Below, one piece after another: positions 15,027-28,237 of a DNA stretch of 64,000 nt. The translations under genes and the position numbers were made by a program. How positions within the stretch are numbered: position 1 is the stretch's first letter; every line of letters begins with the position of its first letter. The notes below the pieces were generated by a model that was given only the letters and a program-made list of their open reading frames with translations, searched no databases and was not told where the DNA came from. This DNA comes from the human T2T-CHM13v2.0 reference genome, Homo sapiens, in assembly GCF_009914755.1 (NCBI RefSeq), contig NC_060930.1; one strand, written 5' to 3'.

Positions 15027-15828
15027 GACACTATCTTTGAACTGGTAATCAAATTAGTTAATCAGAGTGTGTGGATAGGTACCAAAAGAATAGACAAGCC
15101 AGTTGATTCACATTAATTACCTTGCTGGGCCACTGTGAAATTCTGAACTTTCCAATAAGCATTGACGATTAAAATTTTAGACAAAATTTTCTCTGGTCAT
15201 TCGATTTATATATAAAGCTCAAGTATGAATAAAGCCTAAATATAGCTTAGTTAAATACATGAAAATTTAGAAAGACTATTGGAACGTCCTGGCTCTGTAA
15301 ATATCAAATTCCTTTATCTTAATTGCAGCCTCAAATCACTAGCTCCAGTTATGAAAGATTACTTTCTCCAGAAACTAGACTACAGAATAGTAAGTAAAGT
15401 TTTCTATTATTTTATTCCATGAAAGAGATATGGGAAATCATAAATACCACACTTATCCTAAGTATCATATTTCAGTGTTTAAAGAAAATTCTGACAGTTC
15501 TGATTAAATAGGTCAGATCCGAAGGATAAGATTCACCATAGAGCTCTGGACTCCAATGTATGTCTTTTAAAAGAATGTCCAAACAGCACTATCATGTGAA
15601 TTTCGTGTATTGGGTGTTCCGTGATGTTGGGTAGTGTAGAAAGAGACCTGAGCTAAAACCTGTGATGATAAGTCATTTCCCCTCCAAGGGCTGGCTGCAG
15701 CTTCCACTCTGCAGAAGGGATGAAGTTGGGCAGGGAGAGTATGACCTGGATGATCTATGAGAGCTTTGGAGTTCTGAACAAACGTTGGAAACGGATTTAG
15801 GGAACATGTTTGCAGGGTTGCATAACTG

Positions 15829-15848
15829 CTACCAGCAGGGGGCAGCAC
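15829..15848 (+). promoter_or_regulatory. Strong CTCF motif
   Basis: CTACCAGCAGGGGGCAGCAC matches the CTCF core CCASYAGRKGGCRS exactly. Confidence 0.7.
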
Positions 15849-16150
15849 GGCTCAGATAATTACTATTTCTTGCCCTTCCTCATTTAGGAAAAACCTATGG
15901 AAAATAGGGACTTACCCCTCAGCCTTCAGGAGTCCTGTAACATATAATGGACCAAAGCCAAGGACTGCCCTTGCCTCCAAAGGGTTTGATTTTTCAAGAC
16001 ACAAACACCCGATAGGTGCACCGTCAACGACATTCCCCACGGACGCCTTCAATGATGATGTGACTTAGTGTTGACTTTCCTTTTTATCTTTGTCTTCTCT
16101 TTATTTCCTAGTTGTTTCTAGTCAGAGGAAGGATAGCTTTATACAGAAAT

Positions 16151-17946
16151 AGGATTTATTTATTTATTTATTTATTTATTATTTATTTTAATTGATCATT
16201 CTTGGGTGTTTCTCGCAGAGGGGGATTTGGCAGGGTCACAGGACAATAGTGGAGGGAAGGTCAGCAGATAAACAAGTGAACAAAGGTCTCTGGTTTTCCT
16301 AGGCAGAGGACCCTGCGGCCTTCCGCAGTGTTTGTGTCCCTGGGTCCTTGAGATTAGGGAGTGGTGATGACTCTTAAGGAGCATGCTGCCTTCAAGCATC
16401 TGTTTAACAAAGCACATCTTGCACCGCCCTTAATCCATTCAACCCTGAGTGGATACAGCACATGTTTCAGATAGCACAGGGTTGGGGGTAAGGTCACAGA
16501 TCAACAGGATCCCAAGGCAGAATTTTTCTTAGTACAGAACAAAATGAAAAGTCTCCCCCGTCTACCTCTTTCTACACAGACACGGCAACCATCCGATTTC
16601 TCAATCTTTTCCCCACCTTTCCCCCCTTTCTATTCCACAAAACTGCCACTGTCATCATGGCCCGTTCTCAATGAGCCGCTGGGCACACCTCCCAGATGGG
16701 GTGGTGGCCGGGCAGAGGGGCTCCTCATTTCCCAGTAGGGGCGGCCGGGCAGAGGCGCCCCTCACCTCCCGGACCGGGCGGCTGGCCGGGCGGGGGGCTG
16801 ACCCCCCCACCTCCCTCCCGGACGGGGCGGCCGGCCAGGCAGAGGGGCTCCTCACTTCCCAGTAGGGGCGGCCGGGCAGAGGCGCCCCTCACCTCCCGGA
16901 CGGGGCGGCTGGCCAGGTGGGGGGCTGACCCCCCCCCACCTCCCTCCCGGACGGGGCGGCTGGCCGGGCGGGGGGCTGACCCCCCCACCTCCCTCCTGGA
17001 CGGAGCGGCCGGCCAGGCAGAGGGGCTCCTCACTTCCCAGTAGGGGCGGCCGGGCAGAGGCGCCCCTCACCTCCCGGACGGGGCGGCTGGCCGGGCGGGG
17101 GGCTGATCCCCCCACCTCCCTCCCGGACGGGGTGGCTGGCCGGGCGGGGGGCTGACCCCCCCACCTCCCTGCCGGACGAGGTGGCTGCCGGGCAGAGACG
17201 CTCCTCACTTCCCAGACGGGGTGGCTGCTGGGCGGAGGGGCTCCTCACTTCTCAGACGGGGCGGTTGCCAGGCAGAGGGTCTCCTCACTTCTCAGAGGGG
17301 GCGGCCGGGCAGAGACGCTCCTCACATCCCGGACGGGGCGGCAGGGCAGAGGTGCTCCCCACATCTCAGATGATGGGTGGCCGGGAAGAGGCGCTCCTCA
17401 CTTCCTAGATGGGATGGCGGCCGGGAAGAGGCGCTCCTCACTTCCTAGATGGGATGGCGGCCGGGCAGAGACGCTCCTCACTTCCCAGACGGGGTGGCAG
17501 CCGGGCAGAGGCTGCAATCTCGGCACTTTGGGAGGCCAAGGCAGGCTGCTGGGAGGTGAAGGTTGTAGCGAGCCGAGATCACGCCACTGCACTCCAGCCT
17601 GGGCGCCATTGAGCACGGAGTGAACGAGACTCTGTCTGCAATCCCCGCACCTCAGGATGCCGAGGCTGGCGGATCACTCGCGGTTAGGAGCTGGAGACCA
17701 GCCCAGCCAACACAGCGAAACCCGTCTCCACCAAAAAAATACGAAAACCAGTCAGGCGTGGCGGCGCGCGCCTGCAATCGCAGGCAGTCGGCAGGCTGAG
17801 GCAGGAGAATCAGGCAGCAGTACCGTCCAGCTTCAGCTCGGCATCAGAGGGAGGCCGTGGAGAGAGGGAGAGGGAGACCGTGGGGAGAGGGAGAGGGAGA
17901 GGGACAGAGGGAGAGAGGGAGAGAGGGAGAGGGCAGGATTTTTTTT
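16151..17946 (-). mobile_element. Full-length SVA retrotransposon (SVA_D-like, possibly C)
   Basis: (CCCTCT)n hexamer ~17860-17934, Alu-like domain ~17510-17860, GC-rich VNTR ~16680-17510, SINE-R ~16190-16680, tail degenerated to (AAAT)n. TSD AGGATTT at 16151 and 17935, at a TT/AAAA site. Confidence 0.97.
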
Positions 17947-18155
17947 AAGTAAGAATTCTTTACCAATCCTTCTTTCCCCAACATAAAATCTCCTATTTGA
18001 AGTGAAGTTTGAGGTAGGGACTCGAGAGGCAGTGCCTCAAGAAAGCCACACATTGTACAATGGAGAGCAGGGATGAAAACATTGTATAGAAGGAAATGAC
18101 TCTTCCTTTTGTTAGGAAAGGAAAAAAGAAAAAGAAAAAAGCCATTAGCTGAGCA

Positions 18156-18175
18156 GTGCTGCCCCCTGCAGCTGA
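18156..18175 (-). promoter_or_regulatory. CTCF-like motif
   Basis: Minus strand TCAGCTGCAGGGGGCAGCAC; 14 bp identical to the 15835-15848 core. Confidence 0.45.
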
Positions 18176-18704
18176 AAGGAAATGAGAAAAGAGGCTGAAA
18201 TAATTGAGCTCCCTTGTTCTGTGAATTGTGTTTTCTTTGCAGGATTAAGTGTTTATTTAAAAATCCAACTTGCATTATAGCAGAATACTAAATTCTGTCT
18301 TCTAATTAATTTTTAAAGCTCAGATTTGATAGCAGGATTAATCTTAGCCTTATTTTCAAGACAATTTAAAAATTACTAGAGAACATTTGTTTCATTTAAT
18401 AAAAACGTATTACCCTACAGTAAATTGCAATTCAGATTATACGTTGAGCTTCCATTTGGCTGAAGTATGTACTCTTGAACGGCTTTGTCTAAAATTAGAG
18501 ACCATTTTCCTATAAAACAAGAGTGCTTGAGGGCTTGAACATCCAAAAATGTTACCTTAAGAGTAACGGGCTGTGGTATAGAAACTGCCATCATCAGATA
18601 ATTACAACCACTTAAATGAAAGCACCTCTATCCACCCTTTCTTTTCCTTCCATCTTCTTTTTCTATGGGTGCTGTTCACATGCTGTCATAATTCCAGGGA
18701 GAGT

Positions 18705-18900
18705 TGCATAATGGAAAAAAACAAAAACAACCCTGTGCTTTGAGCTAGGGATCCAGGGTTTAACACCCTACTCTGCACTTTACAGTTTGTTTGACCTTGA
18801 ACTGGCCACACAAGTATTCTGAGCTTATTTTTGCCATCTCCAACATAGGAGAAATAATAAGACCTATCTCACCAGGCTTTTGTGAGAACTGACTGAGAAA
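18705..18900 (+). mobile_element. MIR
   Basis: tgaccttgaactggccacacaagtattctgagc...gaaataataagacctatctcaccaggcttttgtgagaac. Confidence 0.65.
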
Positions 18901-18954
18901 ACAAAGAGCTCCTGTCAACCACTGGATGATGGTAGCTGGGGGACTTCTCTTAAG

Positions 18955-19495
18955 ATAGGAAGTCAGCAAGATGGCTGTCGCGGATTCCTCTTCTCCATAT
19001 GCGCATGTCAAGAGACAGAGGCTAATTCTCCTCTTCTGAATCTGGGCTGGCCTGAGTGACTAGTTTGACTGATAGAACCAATGGCAGTGACATTCTGGGA
19101 CTTCTAAGGCTGGGCCATAGAAGTCTTACAGCTTCCACCTGTGTCTCTTAAATGCCTGCTCTTATAATGTTATAATCTTTCACAACCCAGCCACCAGGCT
19201 GTGGAAAGCCCAAAGCACATGGAGAGGCTATGTGTAGATATACCAGTTGGCAACCGAGCTGAGCTCCCAGTCAGCAGCTAGTGTCAACACAGGCCACACG
19301 AGTGAGCCATCTTGGGCATCTATCCCACTTGAGCCTTTAGACCCTTCAAGCTCCAGCCGTATGACAGATCCTGGACACAGACTACCCACTGAGCCCAGTC
19401 AACCCTCTGGGCTACAAGAGACGAGCATAAACTGTTATGTTAAGCCACTGAATTTCGGGGTGTCTGTTACATAGGCAATGAAAGATAATCGGAGA
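18955..19495 (+). mobile_element. MLT1G/H solo LTR
   Basis: tgaatctgggctggcctgagtgact...ttaagccactgaatttcggggtgtctgttac. Confidence 0.8.
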
Positions 19496-19894
19496 AAGCT
19501 ACAGGGCAATTTTCTATTTTAAAGAGCAAATAGAAAAAACCCAAAGAAACACCTGAGAAGGAGGGGGTCTTACTATATGCATTTATCTGTATTTCATTAT
19601 CTTGCCTCTCTAGTCATTGTTTCAAAACTTCCAGATAAGTTCAATTAGATTTGGAAGGAACATAGTGGGAGTTGAACAAATGTTGGTTGGATGACTAAGA
19701 AAATGAGCCAATGTATGAATGTTTCCTACGACATTAGTCCTCTAGTAGAAAGTATCTAATGACCAACAATCAATCAAAAATTTCCTTAAGAATTTATTAT
19801 TTATAGGCTATTTTGGAATATAACCCTATCCCAAAGAAGTTCAAGTCTTATAAATAAAGGACTTGAATTAAAAGGACATTTGAAATAATGACGT

Positions 19895-20180
19895 GGCCGG
19901 GCTTGGTGGCTCACGCCTGTAATCCCAGCACTTTGGGAGGCTAAGGGGGCTGATCGCTTGAGACCAGGAGTTCAAGACCAGCCTGGGCAATATGGGCAAA
20001 CCCTGTCTCTACAAAAAATACAAAAATTAGCTGGGTGTGATGTCACATGCCTGTAGTCCCAGCTACTCAGGAGGCTGAGTGGGGAGGATCACTTGAGCCC
20101 AGGGAGGTAGAGGCTGCAGTGAGCCATGATCACGCCACTGCACTTTAGTCTGGGCAACAGAGTGAGACCCTGTGTCAGTA
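19895..20180 (+). mobile_element. AluJb
   Basis: Dimeric Alu; the tail is replaced by an STR. Confidence 0.93.
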
Positions 20181-20206
20181 TAGATAGATGGATGGTTGGA
20201 TGGATG

Positions 20207-20250
<44 letters not shown>
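20181..20250 (+). repeat. Compound (GGAT)n(GATA)11 STR
   Basis: GATA x11 at 20207-20250. Confidence 0.95.
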
Positions 20251-20252
<2 letters not shown>

Positions 20253-20404
20253 GTGCAGATTTGTTTGGTAGGAGTTACAGACAGAAGATGGATTGGGGAT
20301 GAAGAAATGCACTCAGATTGCTAGAGCTAGGAAACACCTTTTCTGGGATATGGATCACTCTGCACTCAGAAGACTAGGTGAGATGACAGAAGGAGTACTC
20401 TGGA

Positions 20405-20587
20405 GGCTGGATGTGGTGGCTCACACCTGCAATCCCAACACTTTGGAAGTCTGAGGCAGAGGATCACTTGACACCCGAAATTCAAGAGTCTGGGCAACAT
20501 AGCAAGATCCCATCTCTATTAAAATAAAGAAAAAGAGGGAGGGAGGGAAGGAGGTAGCGAGGAGGGGAGGAAGGAAGGAAGGGAAGG
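20405..20587 (+). mobile_element. FLAM/AluJ left monomer with GA-rich tail
   Basis: A single Alu arm followed by (GGAA)-like low-complexity sequence. Confidence 0.85.
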
Positions 20588-20939
20588 GTGTTCTGAGTGA
20601 GATGTTTGGGAACCAATAAGAAAGATTTTATGATGGGGATTAGTACTCAATATGAGTAGGTGCCCAACACAGGATTACAAGAGGCATAAAGTTCAGCATA
20701 ATCAGAGCCCCGTCAGAGCCATAACAGACCAAAATTCCCCTCTGTGGGGAATTCAGTGTGGTCTAGAGACAGGAAGAAGGGGAGAGAGTGAGCTGAGAAG
20801 CTTCAGTCCCTAGGGGTTGGAAGTGTGTAGGATGACCCACACATTCCCCTGAACTAAAAACTCCGAGGGAATTGGAATGGAGGGAACACTTATTCATGCT
20901 GAGGAGCCTCATAGCGTGAGGATGGTGCATCACCACAGG

Positions 20940-21130
20940 TACACGATGCCATGGGCATTTTCAGAGGATCTTTATTTTTACTGCAATCTCTCTGAACCCT
21001 GTAAAACAGGGACAATAGAAAACTGAAAGTAGGGGTGTGGCCCACCCAAGGCCACCTGACTAGTTAGTAGACAGCCCAGACCCAGGTCTTCTGCCCTATG
21101 GGTCAAGCTCGCACCGAACTGCTCCACCCT
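20940..21130 (-). mobile_element. MIR (degenerate)
   Basis: gaaaactgaaag...cccaaggccacctgactagttagtagacagcccagacccaggtctt. Confidence 0.55.
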
Positions 21131-22398
21131 CTCCAGATTTTATTTTGTTCAGGGCCCACCAATGTCTCCAATGACCTTGTTTACAGCACAAAATAATGCC
21201 ACCAGGCTTCTCTTTAAAGCCGTTTTGAGAAATGGCATATTACTCTCTGTTAGAAATAATGACTCTGATTGCTGGACCAAAATACAGCGTGTCTATCACC
21301 AAAATAATTCAAAAAGCTATTTTTGTGGGTCACATTCTATGTGATAAAAACCGTCATTTTAGTTGACTTTAAAGGACACATCTCTCTGTAAATCCATAGA
21401 GCGTGCTGTAGTCTGTCGGCTGAATGTGACACCTTCCACAAAGAGTATATAAATGACTCTGATTCAGAACGGAGGTTGAGCAGATAAATAAAGTTGACAG
21501 TTCACAGAAGAGGTCTTCATTACTAAATTATTTGGGGAGGTTTTGTAAGTCAGGAAAACTAATCTGCAACTAATGCTCCTTTGGTGCCACTTATCCCGTA
21601 GCCATCTCCTCACACTGACTGCAAAGCAAGCGCATGGAGTTTTACCTCCCCATCATCAATTACAAATATGTCCCTTTTTTACTCCTCTCTGTGAGATTGC
21701 ATTTCTTATAAATTGCTCTGCACCGGGGCCTTGTGAAGTAAACATCCAAATTTCACAGGCATCTGTGTCCACCTTAGCCAGCAAGTGACGGCCACCTTCT
21801 TGAAGCAGCTGGAGCCAGGCTGGCCTCACGCGTGGTCAGACACAGCAGGAGGAGGACGGAAGCCACGTGCTAGGTCACAAAGCTGCGTGTCCACATCCCA
21901 CGTGATAGATCTGCAGAGGCTGCTTGGCTTGTCAGAAACTGATGGCCACAGGCACAAATCAAGCCAGTACCCTTCTGCCAGAGAATCAGCAGAATCTTCC
22001 TACACCTGTTTGGTGGCAAGGGTCAGGGACGTTCTGCAGCATAGATGGCAGGAGAGCTTTTTATGGAAGCCACAAGAAGGCAGACATCATTGATGGATGT
22101 CCACTGGAGGCCAGTACCCTACTGGAGGAGCTTCATGCTCAGTCCATCAGCTGGGGAAACCATCATTGCACACGGTTTAAAGACCTGAAAGGATCAACTC
22201 TGTGTGTTGCTGTCAGTCATTTGCTGGGTGAAACAAAGGGTTGAAGTGTGTGTAGGAGAAATCTTTATTTTGAAATCTAACAAGGCTATCTAAGAATGTT
22301 CACAGGATGCTTACAACAAAATGGACTTAAATATAATGATTTACACTAATTTTTAGAATTTATACCTGCATAGTTAGAGGATACAGGAGAAAATATAG

Positions 22399-22746
<348 letters not shown>

Positions 22747-23129
22747 TTTTAAAAACTTCTTATGCTTGGCTCCACGTATGTGTTCCTATCGGAAAAACCT
22801 ATTTGATTTGCTTCCCTTCATAAATATTGTGTGTGTAGTAGAAATGGCTTGATATGCTACACATCAGATTCTTTTTCCCTTCTAACTAATTCAGTTTGGT
22901 TTCCTTGTGTTTCAGTGGTTCTCAAAAGTAAGGGCACAGTCAACATTTGACTTATAACGTGTTCAGGGAATGTTTGTGCTTCTTCAACCAAAATGTGCCC
23001 TTTGAAGTTACGAAGAATTAAAAAGATTATCAACTATTTTATCAGGTTCTGCTTAAAAGAACATGAATTGGTCCACAACTCAGCTCAAAGCCCTGGTTTT
23101 CTGGGAGGTATAAAGGTACTTTAGGCTGA

Positions 23130-23505
<376 letters not shown>

Positions 23506-24394
23506 AACTAGAGGCTACTCTTAAGGTGACAGAGGATAAGCCTTGGCAGATATTGATTAGTACGGGTTTGAAAGAAGATTGTGGTTTCTCTTCATGGGAG
23601 TTTAAATGATCAGGGCCAGATCTGGTATTCCGCTATTGATGTACCAAGCTAAGGAATGCTGGGCATCTCCCTGTCGGTGGCTGCAGGGGCTGCTGTCACT
23701 TTTCCAAATTAACTCCCAGTCTGACAAGAGAAGCAGAGACAGCAACTAAAGGCAGCATTAACCCCAGAATTATGGCACTTCCTCCTGGTCTTACAATGAC
23801 TTTATGTGCCTAGTTCCAGTAAGCCATTCCCATTCTTCTCTTGCTCCAAATAGTACTGAACTCAGCACACCTTTTTAAATGGTCCTCTTGCACCTTTTAT
23901 GAAAAGAGATGTGGATCTTTTTTTTAAGATAGCTCATTATTGTAATATGCACAAACTCATGCTTCCATGGAGAACAGCTGAGTTTACTAAACTGGGCTTA
24001 ACAAGGTTGAAGACTGCTGGTCCTCTGACTGGCTTGCTGGACTTTTATTTCAATTAGCAAAAAGCCATTTTTCCCCTTGGATATTACTAGCAGTTGGTTT
24101 CGGTTTTTGAATCAACATGTTTAAGAAATTTATACTAACTAGAATTTCCCAACAATGAACATTGCCTTATAAAAGCAGTGTATTCCCCTTGGAGAATGCC
24201 CTTTGGTGATGGCAAGATAACCAAGTTAAGGGGTTCTGTTTTTTAAGGCTGAACTCCGGTCCCTATTCTAATTGCCTCTGCAGTAAGTTCTTCTGTCCAC
24301 ATTTCTCTTCAGCACAAACGAGTCTGTAGAAGGTCAAACAGGAATCAGAGTAGAGCTCCAAGGAAAGGAGGCATTTGTCAGAATGTAGAAACCT

Positions 24395-24676
24395 GACTGG
24401 GCACAGTGGCTTATGCCTTTAATCCCAGCACTTTGGGAGGCTGAGGCAGGCGGATCACTTGAGGCCATGAGTTTGAGACCAGCCTGACCAACACAGAGAA
24501 ATCCCGTCTCTACTAAAAACACAAAAATTAGCCAGACATGGTGGCACATGCCTGTAATCCCAGCTACTCAGGAGATGAGGCAGCAGAATTGCTTGAACCC
24601 AGGAGGCGGAGGTTGCAGTGAGCGTAGATCCTGCAACTGCACTCCAGCCTGGGCGACAGAGAGAGTAAAAAAAAAA
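24395..24676 (+). mobile_element. AluS
   Basis: Dimeric Alu. Confidence 0.93.
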
Positions 24677-25879
24677 GGAACTCAGAATTCTGATTTTATT
24701 GTAGACCTAACCAGAGGGATAAACGATGTCTTTGTGGCTCAAAAACATTGAAACTTCATGTAATAGCCTAAGAAAATACACTGGGAATTGAGACGAAACT
24801 GATGGAACATTCTTCTGCCTTAAATGTCCTGTGAGAGGTTTCCATGAAAGATGATATATACATTGCAAAGAGCTACAATGAGAATTGAGGATTCCATATC
24901 CTGGCACCCCCATCTTTGTCCATCAGAAGCAGAGTTAGAATGTAATGCAAAAGCAAGAAGATTGCATCAGTACAAAATGGGACCAAACTGTACCCTTTAG
25001 GATTCTCTATCATTGCTAACAGTGGGTCACAAATCTGGTTTCAATCAACTTATCAGCTATTGCCAAGAAATTTAGACCCTGTCCCTATAGCACATTTTAG
25101 ACTACATTTTGCTTGACTTTCTGTATGGGTAGATTTGATTCCAAAAATATATTTTAAGATCATCAGAAACAAAGAAGCTGTTTAAATAATAGGTGACTTG
25201 TTTTAATGATTAACTTCGCTTTCTTCGAGGAAAGGAATGAGCAGAGCGAACAAAACAGCAGAGAGATATTGCCAAATAACTGTGCCCTGACATGTCCACA
25301 CCTGGCAGGAGGGGCACAGGAGGCAAGTTCAGGGCTTCTGTTTCTGACAGAGAGCACCCTCGGCATTGGGAGCTGGGTTGTGATGTTCCAGAGACTTACT
25401 CTGTACCTGGCACTATGTCTGTAGTTAGGCTCCAAGATCCTGACACTGTGATTCTCGGAGAGGCATGAATAACTGAGACATTTTCTACTTAATTATCCCT
25501 TTCCCATTTTTAATAAACCTATCTCTAATATTTATATTTTAAGCTGTGAAATATAATTCAGAGTAAAATATAAAGAACTATGAATAAGTAAAGCAGTATC
25601 GGCCAGATAGTATTGGATATCTGTTCTCCTGTGGTCTTCAACCATTGTCAATCACTATTTAATTTAACCTTGGCACAACTTCTGTGTTTATATGAAATAA
25701 ATCAATTTGACTTTCTCAACCTAGAGATAGGTCTTTCCTGCATCTTTTCAATGACTGTAGCACACAGCAACTTCTACCAACTTTTTATCCAAGGCCTTCT
25801 TAGACATCCTCTGGTTAGACTTTTACCTTTTGTTTAAAAGAACAATATCATTATTTACAACTTAGAGGGAAAGGAGCAT

Positions 25880-26300
25880 TACGAGATAATGGAAAGGACA
25901 TGAACTTTGAAGCAAATCAGCCTGGGTGTGGATCCTGGTTTAATATCTAAATGACCACAGTCATGTTATTGAAACAGTCTGATATTCTCAAACTGTGCAA
26001 TTGGCATAGACCTTACTTGGTTATTGGACAATTAAATGAAATAGGTATTTAAAGCTCCCAGCACTTAGAGAAGTTGTGGTCTTCTTACTACCAGCAGCTC
26101 AGCCACCTCCAATAAGTTCACTATTACAACTACTGCCAGCTGACTGACCGTGAGAAATCCAGGTAACTCTCTGAGCCTCAGTTTCCTTTTCAGTAAAAGA
26201 AAGATAATGTCTATTTCACAGGGTTGTGAAGACAATGAAATGCTAACACCTAAAAAGTGCTAGGAACATGGCATGTACTCAACAAATTTTAGTTCAAAAT
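25880..26300 (+). mobile_element. Two MIR fragments
   Basis: The second copy has the core ctctctgagcctcagtttccttttcagtaaaa...cacagggttgtgaag. Confidence 0.65.
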
Positions 26301-27360
26301 CTTTTCCTCCTTTCCCGTCTTCTTAAAAATATCAAGAACTCTTCAGACCCTGTTGATATTCCCAGGCCAGTAGTTCATGCTGATCTTGAGATTAGATTAC
26401 AGCCTGGAGGGGCATCTTAAATGCACTTTAAATTAGACCTGATTCATTTCCAGAAAAGATTCACACACTACTACCAGGCTTGCTAGATCTGAACCCATCT
26501 TTAGGCTACAGAGGAAGCAAGAAATGTGTGTAGCACATGAATATTCTATCCATGAGCAGATCTTTCTCCTTTTCCTTCAGGGACTCTGCATACCCAATGT
26601 CCAATACCTGGAGAATAGGCAGAGAGTGTATCTACACCTTTCCCCAGGCCCCTGCCTGTGCTCTGTGGTAAGAGGGTCTATCCTCTTCTGGATGTTTCCT
26701 GGCCTCACTCACCATCTTCTACTGACAGAGGCAAGACAATAGACCACCTTTCCACGCATATTGGGATCCCGTAGTGTCCACCAACAGCAACCTAACGCAG
26801 GACAACATGTAGCTGACCACAGCAACTTGACAATTGCCAGGTTCTTACACTTTTTATGGAAACAGTCGATGAAAAGGAAGACACAGCCTTGGCATATACT
26901 TCATCTCACACCCACACATAGGCCATCCATTCCCCTCCTCTTTTGCTCTTGTGCTCTGTGTATTAATACCTTCCTTCCATGAAGGGAGAAGGCTGGCTCT
27001 GCTTGTCTGTATTTGTGTGGCTTCCTATAGGAGGGAGTTAAGGTTTAGCTCTTGGTACTCATGTAAGGTTTTGTAAGTTTCATCTGTTACACTTCTATGG
27101 ATCACTTAAAGAAGGCTGAAGAAGATCCGTTTTCTGTTTGATAGGCTCAAACCATCATGGCAGGGCTTCTGTTTAGTTTTGTTTTCTATTTACATCTGTC
27201 AGTGGTCCTGGAAACTATTTGGCAATGAACATAGGCAATACTTGCAATACATTTTCAGAAACCACTGTGCTTAACACTGGAAGAACAAGGCCAGGTTGAC
27301 TTCTGGGGTGACAGTTCCATGCTTATGGTCCGGTGGGGTACTTGGTCATTGAGATCCTAA

Positions 27361-27770
<410 letters not shown>

Positions 27771-28237
27771 TGATAATCTCTTCTAATTCAGAAATTTCAC
27801 AATCTGTTGTTTCATCCTCTGCCTCTTAACTCTTCAGGGTCAGGAAACAACAGCAGTAAACTCCACACCTTGGATCCCAGTGGTAGAGTCAAGGTGCTCC
27901 GCAAAGACTTCTGGATGACCTTGAGTCTGGGGGTAAAGTTACACACAGCACTGTCTGGTAGGACACTCTGGTTCTCTAGTTATAATGCTAGGGACATGAC
28001 TCTGCCTGCCTACTCCTCAAAAAACTGAGCAAAAAATTGGCCTCACCCCAGTGTTTGGCACCAGAATGAGTACCCGGTATGAATCTTTGTCCGCAAACAT
28101 TTATATTTGTTTTAAAGCCACTGTGAGCCCCTAGCTGTTCTTCATTTTTGTCATTGCTGAGCTCTCCTTTCCTTCCCAGAGCTGCACCAGATTTAAGGAA
28201 GCTTATACAATACCCAGTAAGGCAAACCACCTTGACT

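Noticed and set aside
16196-17986. Cluster of overlapping GC-rich ORFs; VNTR resembling a CRISPR-like array or CpG-island promoter
   Set aside because: All explained by the SVA. The units are tandem, with no unique spacers.
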